Part shown: positions 54,345 to 63,966 of the stretch, one piece after another
Layout of the letters: each line of letters starts with the position of its first letter
Numbering within the stretch: position 1 is the stretch's first letter
Assembly (NCBI GenBank): GCA_964501245.1
Contig: CAZCSE010000001.1
Coordinates: 27,020 to 91,019, forward strand
Source: Candidatus Micrarchaeota archaeon
GTDB lineage: Archaea > Micrarchaeota > Micrarchaeia > Micrarchaeales > CABMGC01
Direction: 5' to 3'
DNA length: 64,000 bases
The notes under the pieces: model-generated
Told to the model about the DNA's origin: nothing
What the model saw: only the letters and a program-made list of their open reading frames with translations
Database searches by the model: none
Made by a program: the position numbers and the translations under genes

Positions 54345-55124
54345 TTGCATATGGAGGCTTTGAACACTAGGGCAAGGATATTTGCAGTGCGTAACATACT
54401 ATTGGAAGAGTTGAACATAGGCGCAGTTCATTTAAATGCAGCTATCTTCGCAGATAAGGGAGAGCACTCTGTTATTGAGATCTCTGATGAAGTGAGAAGG
54501 CTTCTGCTGGCTGCCTTCCTTTCCTGCTCCAACATTGCCGTCGAGAGCGCCGCTGGCTTTGACCAGCTATCAGTTGTAGGAAGCGTTGCGGCATGTGCAC
54601 CCAGATTCTCGAAGATTGCGATTGTCTGCAAGGAGATAGGCAGAAGGGATGGAGGCGCTTTTATCAGGAAGTGCATGAAGAGCAAGCATGATGTTGCCTT
54701 TGTTGCGGAGAGCGGTGCAAAGGGATACGGAGCGGACCTTCTTGTCTGTCCGTCCCCTAATGCCAACTACAGAAGGATAATGAACTTCTGCAGGACGAGG
54801 AGCAGCTACATAACTGCGCTTGACAGAAGGCTTGATCATCTTCTTGTGAGAGGAAGGATAGAGGGAATAAACTCCATAGACCTGCTGCTTACTCCTGTAG
54901 ATTCGGGATTCGTGATGCATGAGCTCAGATGGCTGAGCAGGAATGAGACCGAGAATGGCAGAGAGATACATGGAGAGGATCTGCTTGAGATTAAGAGGAT
55001 AGGGACAAACAAGGCCCTTGAATGCAGCCCTGAAGAGACAAAGTATGTGCGCAGGTACGCTAAGATAATAGGAGAAGGAGCCGATTTTGCATGGAGCATA
55101 ATACTTAAAGGCGAAATCTTATAG
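54345..55124 (+). CDS. hypothetical protein
   Basis: 259 aa with a coding-like composition. The antisense ORFs are judged spurious. No motif recognised. Confidence 0.4.
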   Translation: MHMEALNTRARIFAVRNILLEELNIGAVHLNAAIFADKGEHSVIEISDEVRRLLLAAFLSCSNIAVESAAGFDQLSVVGSVAACAPRFSKIAIVCKEIGRRDGGAFIRKCMKSKHDVAFVAESGAKGYGADLLVCPSPNANYRRIMNFCRTRSSYITALDRRLDHLLVRGRIEGINSIDLLLTPVDSGFVMHELRWLSRNETENGREIHGEDLLEIKRIGTNKALECSPEETKYVRRYAKIIGEGADFAWSIILKGEIL

Positions 55125-55168
55125 GTATATATAAAAACCCTTGTCTTGCATAAATATAACTGAGTTAT

Positions 55169-55519
55169 ATGGAAGGGATTCACGTTGATTATGAGAAAGC
55201 AGACAAGGAGATAATACCTGCTGCAAGACTCTTCATAGCAACGGTGCTTAAGAAAAGATATAACATGACAGAGCAGGATATAGCGGACAGGCTTGGAGTT
55301 GCACAGGCAGCGGTAAGCAAGTATCTGAACGGCAAGAGCTCAGCAAGGATAGCAGAGATAAAGGAGACGATAATGAAGGATGAGAGGTTCAACTATTACA
55401 TAGAGATGATACATGAGAAGAAGGAGCACTATGTTGAGCTGTGCATATGCACAATATGCAGGGCGCTTACCAACGCAGAGTGCAGATTTTCATATGCAGA
55501 TAAGGTTGCAAAGGGCTGA
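55169..55519 (+). CDS. HTH regulator with C-terminal CxCxxCx7C cluster, immediately upstream of sufB
   Basis: 116 aa. HTH MTEQDIADRLGVAQAAVSKYLNG. Cysteines at residues 92, 94, 97 and 105 (nt 55442..55483). 2-nt gap to sufB. Confidence 0.6.
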   Translation: MEGIHVDYEKADKEIIPAARLFIATVLKKRYNMTEQDIADRLGVAQAAVSKYLNGKSSARIAEIKETIMKDERFNYYIEMIHEKKEHYVELCICTICRALTNAECRFSYADKVAKG

Positions 55520-55521
55520 AT

Positions 55522-56937
55522 ATGTCGAATGAAGGTTTGGAAGAGATAGTAGAGAAGCTTGATTATAACGAAGCCTACGGATTCAGCGAAAAGAACGTCG
55601 AGTACGAGGATTTTGAGAAGGGCTTATCGGAAAGAGTGGTCCGTAAGATATCAGAGCTTAAAGGAGAGCCAGAGTGGATGCTGCAGAAGAGGCTGACAGG
55701 ATACAAGGTATTCGAATCCAAGCCCATGCCAAAATGGGGAGCGGATCTGAGCAAGATAGACTTCAGCGACTTCTATTATTACGTAAAGCCGAAGGGCAAG
55801 GAATCAAACAAGTGGGAGGATGTGCCTGAGGACATAAAGAATACTTTTGACAAGCTCGGCGTGCCTGAAGCAGAGAGGAAGTTCTTTTCAGGTGCGGAAG
55901 CGCAATTCGACAGCGGAGTGGTGTACTCGCATATAAACGAGGAGCTTGACAAGCTCGGCATAATATTCACTGACACGGATAATGCGGTAAAGAAGTATCC
56001 TGAGCTTATGCAGAAGTACTTCGGAACTATAATACCACCTACTGACAATAAATTTGCGGCTCTTAATACGGCCACATGGTCCGGAGGCACATTCATATAC
56101 GTGCCCAAGGGAGTGAAGGTACCTATGCCCCTGAATGCTTATTTCAGGATAAACGCACAGAAATCGGGGCAGTTCGAACGCACGCTCATAATAGCTGATG
56201 AAGGCTCAGACGTGGTATACGTAGAGGGCTGTACTGCGCCGGTGTATGCGGTTGACTCTCTGCACTCAGCAGTTGTAGAGATGGTAGCGCTGAAGGGAGC
56301 GCGCATAAGGTATGTGACGATACAGAACTGGTCCAAGAATGTTTACAATCTGGTAACACAGAGGGCCCACGCTGAAAAGGATGCGCATGTGTCCTGGATT
56401 GACGCGAATATAGGCAGCAAGGTGAATATGAAATATCCATCGATATTCCTGCGCGGAGAGGGAGCTTCAGGAGAGGTTCTTTCAGTAGCTATAGCAGGGG
56501 ATGGGCAGATACAGGATTCAGGAGGCAAGATAATCCACATAGCCCCGAATACGACCTCTAAGATAATATCAAAGAGCGTCTCTAAAGGTTCCGGAGTCAC
56601 GACATTTAGAGGACAGATACGCGTTACAAAGAGTGCAGCAAATGTTAAGTCTCATGTATCATGCGATGCGCTGCTTCTCGATTCAGATGCAAAGACCAAT
56701 ACCTTCCCATACAACAATATAGAAAGAAATGACGCGATGATAAGCCATGAAGCGAAGGTAGGAAAGATAAGCAATGATGAGATATTCTACTTGATGTCAA
56801 GAGGCATAAGCGAAGATGATGCTGTAGCGATGATAGTGCTCGGCTTCCTTGACGATCTTACAAAGGTGCTCCCTATGGAGTACTCGCTCGAACTGAAGAG
56901 ACTGATAAAACTGGACACAAGCAAAGGAGTAGGCTGA
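55522..56937 (+). CDS. sufB: Fe-S cluster assembly scaffold SufB
   Basis: 471 aa. Typical SufB length and motifs (…FYLMSRGISEDDAVAMIVLGF… C-terminus). Confidence 0.9.
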   Translation: MSNEGLEEIVEKLDYNEAYGFSEKNVEYEDFEKGLSERVVRKISELKGEPEWMLQKRLTGYKVFESKPMPKWGADLSKIDFSDFYYYVKPKGKESNKWEDVPEDIKNTFDKLGVPEAERKFFSGAEAQFDSGVVYSHINEELDKLGIIFTDTDNAVKKYPELMQKYFGTIIPPTDNKFAALNTATWSGGTFIYVPKGVKVPMPLNAYFRINAQKSGQFERTLIIADEGSDVVYVEGCTAPVYAVDSLHSAVVEMVALKGARIRYVTIQNWSKNVYNLVTQRAHAEKDAHVSWIDANIGSKVNMKYPSIFLRGEGASGEVLSVAIAGDGQIQDSGGKIIHIAPNTTSKIISKSVSKGSGVTTFRGQIRVTKSAANVKSHVSCDALLLDSDAKTNTFPYNNIERNDAMISHEAKVGKISNDEIFYLMSRGISEDDAVAMIVLGFLDDLTKVLPMEYSLELKRLIKLDTSKGVG

Positions 56938-56995
56938 AGGTGTTTTTCTGGATTATAATGAGTTTGCAAAAAACGCGCATAGTCACTATGCCAAG

Positions 56996-58165
56996 ATGCC
57001 GGATGAGATTAATGAGCTTTACAGCAGGAACAGTGTAAAGCTTGAATATCCGAAGAGCATAGTTTCAGGACCTTCCGTGATGGAGCGCGCTTCTGAGATA
57101 GAAAAGCAGCTTGACTCAAAGTTTGATGTGATAATCTCTGATACTGAAGTGAGGAATAATAGTAAATTCGTAAAGGTATTCTCTGCTGAGGAACTTCCTG
57201 TTGAGATAATGGATAGGAAGATGACCGATGGAAGCGAAGACAAGATATCAGCTTACATAAATGCCAATTCTAAGAGTATAATAAGCATAGACATACCTGA
57301 AAATGAGAGTGCGAAGATCGGAATAATTGTAATAAATTCAGGGCATATGCCCTTCCAGATCCTTGTCGGATGCAGATCAGGATCAAGGCTGAACCTGTTC
57401 GAATATTACTGCTCTGCAAATCAGGATATTTATTCTGTAGCGCCTCTCCATGAATTCAGGATAGCAAGCAATGCGCATGCGGAGTTCAGCCTTGTCAACA
57501 ACAAGACAAGCGGCTCATGCATGATGGGTTTTGCAAAGGCAGAGGTCTATAGGGGCGCCGAGCTGAAGGCTAACTTCGTCTATAGCGGCTCATCTGTAAC
57601 AAAGATGAAGAGCGAGTTCTATGCAAATGAGGAAGGGAGCAGAATAGATGCAAAGGAGATAATAGTGGGCGCATCGGACCAGAAGTTTGATATCAATACA
57701 TTCATGACAAATGCCAAGCCGAATACTTATGCAAAGCTTGAGAGCGGAGCTGTGCTTGATGGCAGCTCAATGTGCATGCTGAAGGGCTATGCGAAGGTGG
57801 AGAAGCTTGCGAAAGGAGCCATATCGAGAGTCGAGGAGCATGGAATACTGCTGAGCGAAGCTGCGCATATAGATGCGCTGCCAGACATGGCTATTGATTA
57901 CAGCGATGGCGTATCGGCAACGCACTCTGCTGCAACAGCGCCTATAGACAAGGATGCCTTATTCTACATAATGTCCAGAGGGATAGACAATGTTGAGAGC
58001 AGAAGGCTCTTCGTCGGAGCGTTCATGTCCAAATATCTTTCGGGCATAACAAATCCACTGGCAAGGGAGCTTGCCACATCACTGCTACTTGAAAAGGCTG
58101 AGAGCGGATCTTTTGGGAAGATACCTGGAATAAGCATGAAGAATGTATGGAATGCAAATTGGTGA
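56996..58165 (+). CDS. sufD: Fe-S cluster assembly protein SufD
   Basis: 389 aa. SufB/D-family C-terminal region (DALFYIMSRGIDNVESRRLFVGAF). Confidence 0.8.
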   Translation: MPDEINELYSRNSVKLEYPKSIVSGPSVMERASEIEKQLDSKFDVIISDTEVRNNSKFVKVFSAEELPVEIMDRKMTDGSEDKISAYINANSKSIISIDIPENESAKIGIIVINSGHMPFQILVGCRSGSRLNLFEYYCSANQDIYSVAPLHEFRIASNAHAEFSLVNNKTSGSCMMGFAKAEVYRGAELKANFVYSGSSVTKMKSEFYANEEGSRIDAKEIIVGASDQKFDINTFMTNAKPNTYAKLESGAVLDGSSMCMLKGYAKVEKLAKGAISRVEEHGILLSEAAHIDALPDMAIDYSDGVSATHSAATAPIDKDALFYIMSRGIDNVESRRLFVGAFMSKYLSGITNPLARELATSLLLEKAESGSFGKIPGISMKNVWNANW

Positions 58166-58169
58166 GAGT

Positions 58170-58901
58170 ATGAAACTTGAGATAAAAGACGTTTGTATAG
58201 AGATTGGCGGCAAGAAGGTAGTTGACGGAACGGATCTGAATGTCAACAGTGGAGAGCTGCATGTGCTAATGGGGCCTAATGGCTGCGGGAAGTCCAGCCT
58301 TGCAAAGGGGGTAATGGGACACCCTGATTACAAGATAAAGAGCGGAAAGGTCCTTGTTGATGGGAAGGAGATAAATGAGCTACCTGCAAACGAACGCGCG
58401 AAGCTCGGGCTCTTCCTGCAGTTTCAGGAGCCTGTAGAGATAGAGGGACTAGGGATACTCAACTTCCTTAACGCTGCAAGAAACTCGATGAAGAGAGATA
58501 CGAAGAGTGTCCGCGAGTTCATGAATGAGGTTAAGGAGCGTTCTTCAGGGCTGAAGCTCAAGGAAGATCTTGTCGGCAGATCTCTCAACGCAGGCTTCTC
58601 AGGAGGGGAGAAGAAGAAGGTGGAGATACTGCAGATGCAGATACTTAAGCCAGGGATAGCGATACTCGACGAGCCTGATTCGGGCCTTGACGTCGACGCT
58701 GTCAAGATAGTTGCAGAGAACATAAGCAAATTCATGAAGGAGACAGGAGCAGGAGTAATCCTGATAACGCACTACAGCAGAATCCTGGAATACCTCAAAC
58801 CGAACCAGATACATGTAATGAAAAACGGCAAGATAATAATGGAAGGCGGAGATGAACTTGTCCAGAAGATAGAGAAGGAAGGATACGAGAATGGTGAGTA
58901 G
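58170..58901 (+). CDS. sufC: Fe-S cluster assembly ATPase SufC
   Basis: The ATG at 58170 lies just after the sufD stop. GPNGCGKSSLAKGVMGHPDYK, FSGGEKKK, ILDEPDSGLD. Confidence 0.9.
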   Translation: MKLEIKDVCIEIGGKKVVDGTDLNVNSGELHVLMGPNGCGKSSLAKGVMGHPDYKIKSGKVLVDGKEINELPANERAKLGLFLQFQEPVEIEGLGILNFLNAARNSMKRDTKSVREFMNEVKERSSGLKLKEDLVGRSLNAGFSGGEKKKVEILQMQILKPGIAILDEPDSGLDVDAVKIVAENISKFMKETGAGVILITHYSRILEYLKPNQIHVMKNGKIIMEGGDELVQKIEKEGYENGE

Positions 58902-60140
58902 ATGCTTGATTCTGAAAAGATAATAGAGGATTTTCCAATACTCTCGCAGGAAAGGGATGGCAAGAGATTGGTCTATCTTGACAGTGCCTCTACATCACAG
59001 AAGCCGCAGCAGGTAATAGGCAAGATAGATGAATACTACAAAGAGTACAACGCCAACATACACCGCGGAATCTATAAGATATCGGTAAGGGCTACTGACG
59101 AGTACATACGCTCTAAGGAGCTTGCTGCGAAGCTGATAAACGCAGACTCCTACAGGAGCATAGTCTATACCAGGAATACGACAGAGTCGATAAACCTTCT
59201 TGCGCTCTCATGGGCAGGCAGGAAGCTCAGGGGCGGAGACGGCATACTGCTTACGGAGATGGAGCACCACAGCAACATAGTGCCATGGCAGATGCTCAAG
59301 GAGAGGAAGAACACGGTAATGGATTACATAGCGCTTGATGAGAGGAAGAGATTAATAGACATGGAAGACTTTGAGATGAAGCTTGAGGCAAAGCCCAAGA
59401 TAGTCTCGTTCACTGCAGCTTCGAATGTCCTTGGAACTATAACAGAGATGGAGAAGATGACCAAGATGGCGCATGACGCAGGGGCGATAGTCATAATAGA
59501 CGGAGCACAGGCTGTTCCGCACATGCCCATAGATGTCAAGAAGATAGACTGCGATTTCATGGCCTTCTCGAGCCACAAGATGCTCGGCCCTGCAGGCATA
59601 GGAGTCCTTTACGGCAAGGAGGAGCTCCTTGAGGAGATGGAGCCGCTTCTCGGCGGAGGAGACATGATAAAGAGTGTTGATTTCGATTCTTGCTCATACA
59701 ATGAACTGCCATGGAAATTTGAATCAGGAACCTCGAACATAGAGGGCGGAATAGGATTCGGAGCTGCGATAGAGTATCTTGACAAGATAGGCATGCAGAA
59801 TGTAAGAGAGCATGAGAAGGAGCTTACAGCATATGCGATAAAGAGACTCAGGGAGGTAGGAGTTACAGTCTACGGGCCTCTTGAAGACCAGATTGAGAGA
59901 AGAGGCGGAGCAGTGTCTTTCAAGGTAAGCGGTGCGCACCCGCATGATGTAGCACAGATATTCGACAGCGAAAACATAGCCATAAGGGCAGGACACCACT
60001 GCGCTATGCCTCTCGTTAACCAGATACTTAACGAGGATTCTGTTTCAAGGATGAGCTTCTATATCTACAATAAGAAAGAAGATGTAGATGCTGCGATAGA
60101 TGCACTGGCAAAGGTTAAGAAGGTCCTGAAGATACACTAA
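58902..60140 (+). CDS. sufS: cysteine desulfurase SufS (class V aminotransferase, group II)
   Basis: 412 aa. HHSNIVPW, SSHKMLGPAGIG (PLP Lys), RAGHHCAMPL (active-site Cys). Confidence 0.9.
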   Translation: MLDSEKIIEDFPILSQERDGKRLVYLDSASTSQKPQQVIGKIDEYYKEYNANIHRGIYKISVRATDEYIRSKELAAKLINADSYRSIVYTRNTTESINLLALSWAGRKLRGGDGILLTEMEHHSNIVPWQMLKERKNTVMDYIALDERKRLIDMEDFEMKLEAKPKIVSFTAASNVLGTITEMEKMTKMAHDAGAIVIIDGAQAVPHMPIDVKKIDCDFMAFSSHKMLGPAGIGVLYGKEELLEEMEPLLGGGDMIKSVDFDSCSYNELPWKFESGTSNIEGGIGFGAAIEYLDKIGMQNVREHEKELTAYAIKRLREVGVTVYGPLEDQIERRGGAVSFKVSGAHPHDVAQIFDSENIAIRAGHHCAMPLVNQILNEDSVSRMSFYIYNKKEDVDAAIDALAKVKKVLKIH

Positions 60141-60739
60141 CCTTTCCTCCTCAGCGCAAGTGCGACAATGTCCTCGAAAAAGATATGTATTTTTTCAGAG
60201 TCTGCGATCCTGAAGCCTTTCGCTTCTATGAAATCATGCAGGGCTTTGCTGTCTGCAAGTGAGCTCTCCACAGTTATTATAATGCCATTGCTTTTTAGGT
60301 GGGCTTCTGCCTGCTCTATGAAGAGCTTTGTAATCTCTATGCCAGTGGGTCCTCCTGACCACCAGTTCTTTCCTGATTTTACTTCATCGTCATCTGGCAG
60401 ATAAGGAGGATTGAAGATTATTATATCGAAATTGCCCTTTATTTTATCGAAGAGATCGCTCTTGATGAAGGTACACTTTCCCTCTACTCCATTTAATATT
60501 ACATTCTCTTTTGCACATTCGAGAGCTTCTTCTGATAGATCTGACATTAGAACATGAGAAACTCTGCTATCCATCGCAGCTATTATCCCCAGAGCACCTG
60601 TCCCAGTACCTATTTCCGCTACCTCTAATCTATCTCCGTTAATATTTCTCAGAAGTATTTCTGCGGCAAGAAGAGTATCTTCAGCTGGTTCGTATACACC
60701 CTTTCTCTCCTCTATCTTAGCTCCTTTTACTTCATGCAT
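60137..60739 (-). CDS. HemK/Mtq2-like N5-glutamine (NPPY) methyltransferase
   Basis: 200 aa. EIGTGTGALGIIAA motif I and IIIFNPPYLP motif IV. Confidence 0.7.
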   Translation of the reverse strand: MHEVKGAKIEERKGVYEPAEDTLLAAEILLRNINGDRLEVAEIGTGTGALGIIAAMDSRVSHVLMSDLSEEALECAKENVILNGVEGKCTFIKSDLFDKIKGNFDIIIFNPPYLPDDDEVKSGKNWWSGGPTGIEITKLFIEQAEAHLKSNGIIITVESSLADSKALHDFIEAKGFRIADSEKIHIFFEDIVALALRRKG

Positions 60740-60782
60740 CTATTGCACCTTTTCTTAAAGGAAAGGCTTGCGCTGAGCAGTG

Positions 60783-62069
60783 TCATTTAGCTGCAGCTTT
60801 TTCAGCTGCAGGAGCTTCCAGTATCGGCTTGTATGAGATGAATACCCCCGCAGTGAATATCAGGTTTGTTATCAGTATAACCATGAAGATGGCATCAGTA
60901 AATCCTTGCACATATGCTCCTGAGGTAAGTATGTATATGGCTATGATTGCAGGAGATAGGCCTCTGGCTATATTGAAGTATGCCACGCCGCGTTCTATCT
61001 TCTGAGTCTCAGGATCTTTGGAGAAGACCTTGGAGAGTATAGGCATGGCTATTATCCTTGCCAGAATTACAAGCGCAGTTACAGCGATTCCCAATCCAAC
61101 TATATTGAATGTCACTTGTGAAAGGCTGAAAAGCAATCCTATGTATACGAAGAAGAAGGTGCTTACAAAGAAGACAATCTCACGCTGGTACTCTCTTGTA
61201 TGATCCACATAGTCATTTACTGAAAAGTACTTCTGTACAAAGCTCTCTTCCTCTCCTTCTTTCGCCTTGTTTATCGAGCCTATGTTTGCAAACACGATTC
61301 CGAATATGAATACTGCTATAGCGGTGTTGAGGCCTAGCTGGGCAGCTATCCCATATGCGGCTATTACCATGGCTATCGTGAGCATCCAGCTATAGTTCTT
61401 GCTGGCTTCTGGAAATCTGTTGAGCATGTAAAGCCAGAATAAGGCTGAGACTACGCCCAGGGATGCTGCACCCATTAGCTGGTAGAATATTGTTGGGCCA
61501 AGAGCAGCAGCTATTGCAGATTGAGCATTAGGGAGGATGTACATGCTTATCAGCACCAACGGCACTACAAGCTGCAGTATATCGGAGAACACACCTTCGT
61601 ATACTATGAAGGTGCGCAGGTTTTCTGGTGCCTTCATGCTCTTTGCAAGCGTAGGCGCAGTTATTGAACTTGGTCCGGATATGGCAAAACTGAATATGAG
61701 CGCAACGGGCCAGGACCAACCCATTATATAATATACAAATAGGCCAACTGCAGCACCTATTATTATCTGGGTGAGCAGGATGAACTGGGTAGACGCCAAT
61801 ATGACCTTGCTGAGGGTCTTTATGCGCATATTCATTCCTATATCGAACAGGACGAATGCTATGGCTATTGCAGTTATGTAAGGATTAAGCTCTGTTATTA
61901 TGCTGTTTGAACCTACGTTTACAAGACCGAAGACAGGACCGATTAATAGCCCTATCAGCATTAAGGGAAGCACGCTGGTTATCTTTATCTTGTCAAAAAG
62001 CGCATTTATAGCAAACCCTAGAAAGGAGATGCCTGCTATGAATATGAATGCCAACCCTATTGAAAACAT
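60783..62069 (-). CDS. cation:proton antiporter (CPA-family)
   Basis: 428 aa with about 11-12 TM helices. Na+/H+ exchanger-like pattern. Weak motif-level support. Confidence 0.6.
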   Translation of the reverse strand: MFSIGLAFIFIAGISFLGFAINALFDKIKITSVLPLMLIGLLIGPVFGLVNVGSNSIITELNPYITAIAIAFVLFDIGMNMRIKTLSKVILASTQFILLTQIIIGAAVGLFVYYIMGWSWPVALIFSFAISGPSSITAPTLAKSMKAPENLRTFIVYEGVFSDILQLVVPLVLISMYILPNAQSAIAAALGPTIFYQLMGAASLGVVSALFWLYMLNRFPEASKNYSWMLTIAMVIAAYGIAAQLGLNTAIAVFIFGIVFANIGSINKAKEGEEESFVQKYFSVNDYVDHTREYQREIVFFVSTFFFVYIGLLFSLSQVTFNIVGLGIAVTALVILARIIAMPILSKVFSKDPETQKIERGVAYFNIARGLSPAIIAIYILTSGAYVQGFTDAIFMVILITNLIFTAGVFISYKPILEAPAAEKAAAK

Positions 62070-62218
62070 GATAATCGTAAGATTCTGTTATGGCTATATA
62101 GAGAAACCTAACTAATAAATAGTTTATCTATCTTCCTTTCTTGTTTTGGCCTGCTTGAATGTGACAGCAACATTTTAATATCTTGACAGCGCCACTTAGC
62201 ATTATTAAAGGTGCATAC

Positions 62219-63037
62219 ATGTCTATTAGTAAGGTTGGAATTGTATTTAGCATTGCTGTTCTTGCAATGATTGGGTTGTCATTCGTAGTCCATGCGAGTG
62301 GTATAGGCGGAGCTACCAGCACCACCAGCACGACAAGCATAACATCAACTTCATCAACATCTACAAGCATATCCACATCAGTAAGCACAACAGTTCCGAC
62401 AAGCACATCTACATCTACAAGCACTTCTACTTCAACTTCCACTAGCACTTCTACTTCAACTTCCACTAGCACTTCTACTTCAACTTCCACATCGACTTCG
62501 TCAACGTCTTCCAGTACATCTACTTCGACAAGCACATCCACGTCTAGCTCAACATCATCAACTTCTTCCAGTACGTCTACATCAACATCTCTTTCAACCA
62601 CTGCACCAACAACTACAATTCAGCAGTGCAACATAACTGAGAATGATACTCAGAACTATGGATACAGATGGGGCTGGAGTTATTGGGGATGGGGCAACTG
62701 GAACTACAATAACTGGAATACAAGCCCTTCAAACTCAACGTGGTCTGGAAACTGGACAGGTAATTCAACAGGAAATTATTCCGAGTATATTAGTATGTTT
62801 AGAGGAACATGGGGAGGTAATTTTGTATTTGCACCATTGAATACCTGGATGTGGTACAACCATATGAATAATAACCATGGTATGAATCACCACCATGATG
62901 ATTGTGATGACAACGCAGATTCACATGGTGACTATGAAGCGAGCACTCACAGCCAGCATTGGAAAGGAACAGGAGGCAACGGAGACGACAATAACAATGG
63001 TAACAGCGGTTGCTGCGGAGGAAACAACTCTGATTGA
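62219..63037 (+). CDS. exported protein with (Thr/Ser)n repeat stalk, Trp/Asn/Gly-rich region and His/Asp/Cys-rich tail
   Basis: The ATG at 62219 (MSISKVGIVFSIAVLAMIGLSFVVHASG signal/anchor) is preferred over the TTG at 62183. ~110-aa ST repeat. Seven N-x-S/T sequons. The tail reads HHHDDCDDNADSHGD…GNSGCCGGNNSD. Confidence 0.55.
   Translation: MSISKVGIVFSIAVLAMIGLSFVVHASGIGGATSTTSTTSITSTSSTSTSISTSVSTTVPTSTSTSTSTSTSTSTSTSTSTSTSTSTSTSTSTSSTSSSTSTSTSTSTSSSTSSTSSSTSTSTSLSTTAPTTTIQQCNITENDTQNYGYRWGWSYWGWGNWNYNNWNTSPSNSTWSGNWTGNSTGNYSEYISMFRGTWGGNFVFAPLNTWMWYNHMNNNHGMNHHHDDCDDNADSHGDYEASTHSQHWKGTGGNGDDNNNGNSGCCGGNNSD
62420..62491 (+). repeat. three tandem copies of a 24-bp unit (agcacttctacttcaacttccact) inside the ST-repeat coding region
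   Basis: Read directly from the sequence. Copies 1 and 2 are identical and copy 3 differs at its last base. Confidence 0.8.
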
Positions 63038-63165
63038 AGGCTTCGTTAAGTATTATCGCGATTTACTTTAAGGATAGCAGAATCAGATGTACAGTTACAC
63101 CAAGTTTATAGTATAGCAATAGTCTTACTGCCATTCTTTTAGTGTCCGTTCATTGGCAATAAGGA

Positions 63166-63966
63166 TTATTTATTCCCGTCTTTTGTGCCCCACCAGGCGA
63201 TCTTCTCGAAGAAGCCTCTCCTCTTGGACTTTGCAGCGCTGTTCTCAGTGTCCCCTGCCTTAAGGCTATATACTCTTGCAATCTGGTCTATAGCAGCTGC
63301 AAAAGGCGAACCTCTGTCTATCAGATAGACAGGTTTTTGCTTTGCCAGGCTTTCAGGGACTATCTTGTCTTCAGGTATAGAGACAAAGGCTACGTCACCG
63401 AACATCTTCTCGGTGTCCTCCTTGCTCATCTCGAATTTGCTGTACCCTGATCTGTTGATTACAAGCCTGCGCGAGACTTTGAGCTTCTCGCAGTACGCGG
63501 CAAGCTTTGCGCTGCTTGCAATTGAAGGAGAATCAGGAGTAGCCACTATTATGACATCATTCAGATATCTTGCTATTGCGCTTGGGAACATGCCTGGCTT
63601 TGTATCCAGTATTATGAAGTCATAGGGCTGCTTTACAAGCTGTGAATAGAATTTTACAAGCTGCTCTGGCTTGAAGGTCATCGCTTCATCGGCAGGAGAG
63701 CCGAGTATTATTGCAAGGTCTATGTTCTGGTATACAAAGAGAGAATCCTCTATCTCAGCCTTCCCTGTGACTATCTCCTTGAATCCGTTGCCCACTCCTT
63801 GTATCCCCAGATGCTCCATTATGCTAAATGAGTCAACGTCCGTATCAACTAGCAGAACCTTATAATCCTGATATATCAATGCAGCTGCAAGGTTTATAGC
63901 GACTGTGGTCTTTCCAACTCCTCCTTTCTGCGATGCTACCATTATAACGAATGGTTTCTTGTCCAT
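63166..63966 (-). CDS. ParA/MinD-family P-loop ATPase
   Basis: 266 aa. Deviant Walker A ASQKGGVGKTTVAINLA, and DTD/DTKPG motifs. Confidence 0.85.
   Translation of the reverse strand: MDKKPFVIMVASQKGGVGKTTVAINLAAALIYQDYKVLLVDTDVDSFSIMEHLGIQGVGNGFKEIVTGKAEIEDSLFVYQNIDLAIILGSPADEAMTFKPEQLVKFYSQLVKQPYDFIILDTKPGMFPSAIARYLNDVIIVATPDSPSIASSAKLAAYCEKLKVSRRLVINRSGYSKFEMSKEDTEKMFGDVAFVSIPEDKIVPESLAKQKPVYLIDRGSPFAAAIDQIARVYSLKAGDTENSAAKSKRRGFFEKIAWWGTKDGNK

Noticed and set aside
54345-55124. Idea that the 259-aa protein upstream of the suf regulator is RNase P subunit Rpp30 or another known housekeeping protein
   Set aside because: Comparison from memory with a Pyrococcus Rpp30 sequence showed no convincing collinear motifs, so it is left as hypothetical.
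62128-62601. 157-aa minus-strand ORF rich in VEVDV repeats
   Set aside because: It is the reverse complement of the (ACN/TCN)n Thr/Ser repeat and has no signal or start context. The plus-strand ORF has a signal/anchor and a long non-repeat C-terminal part.
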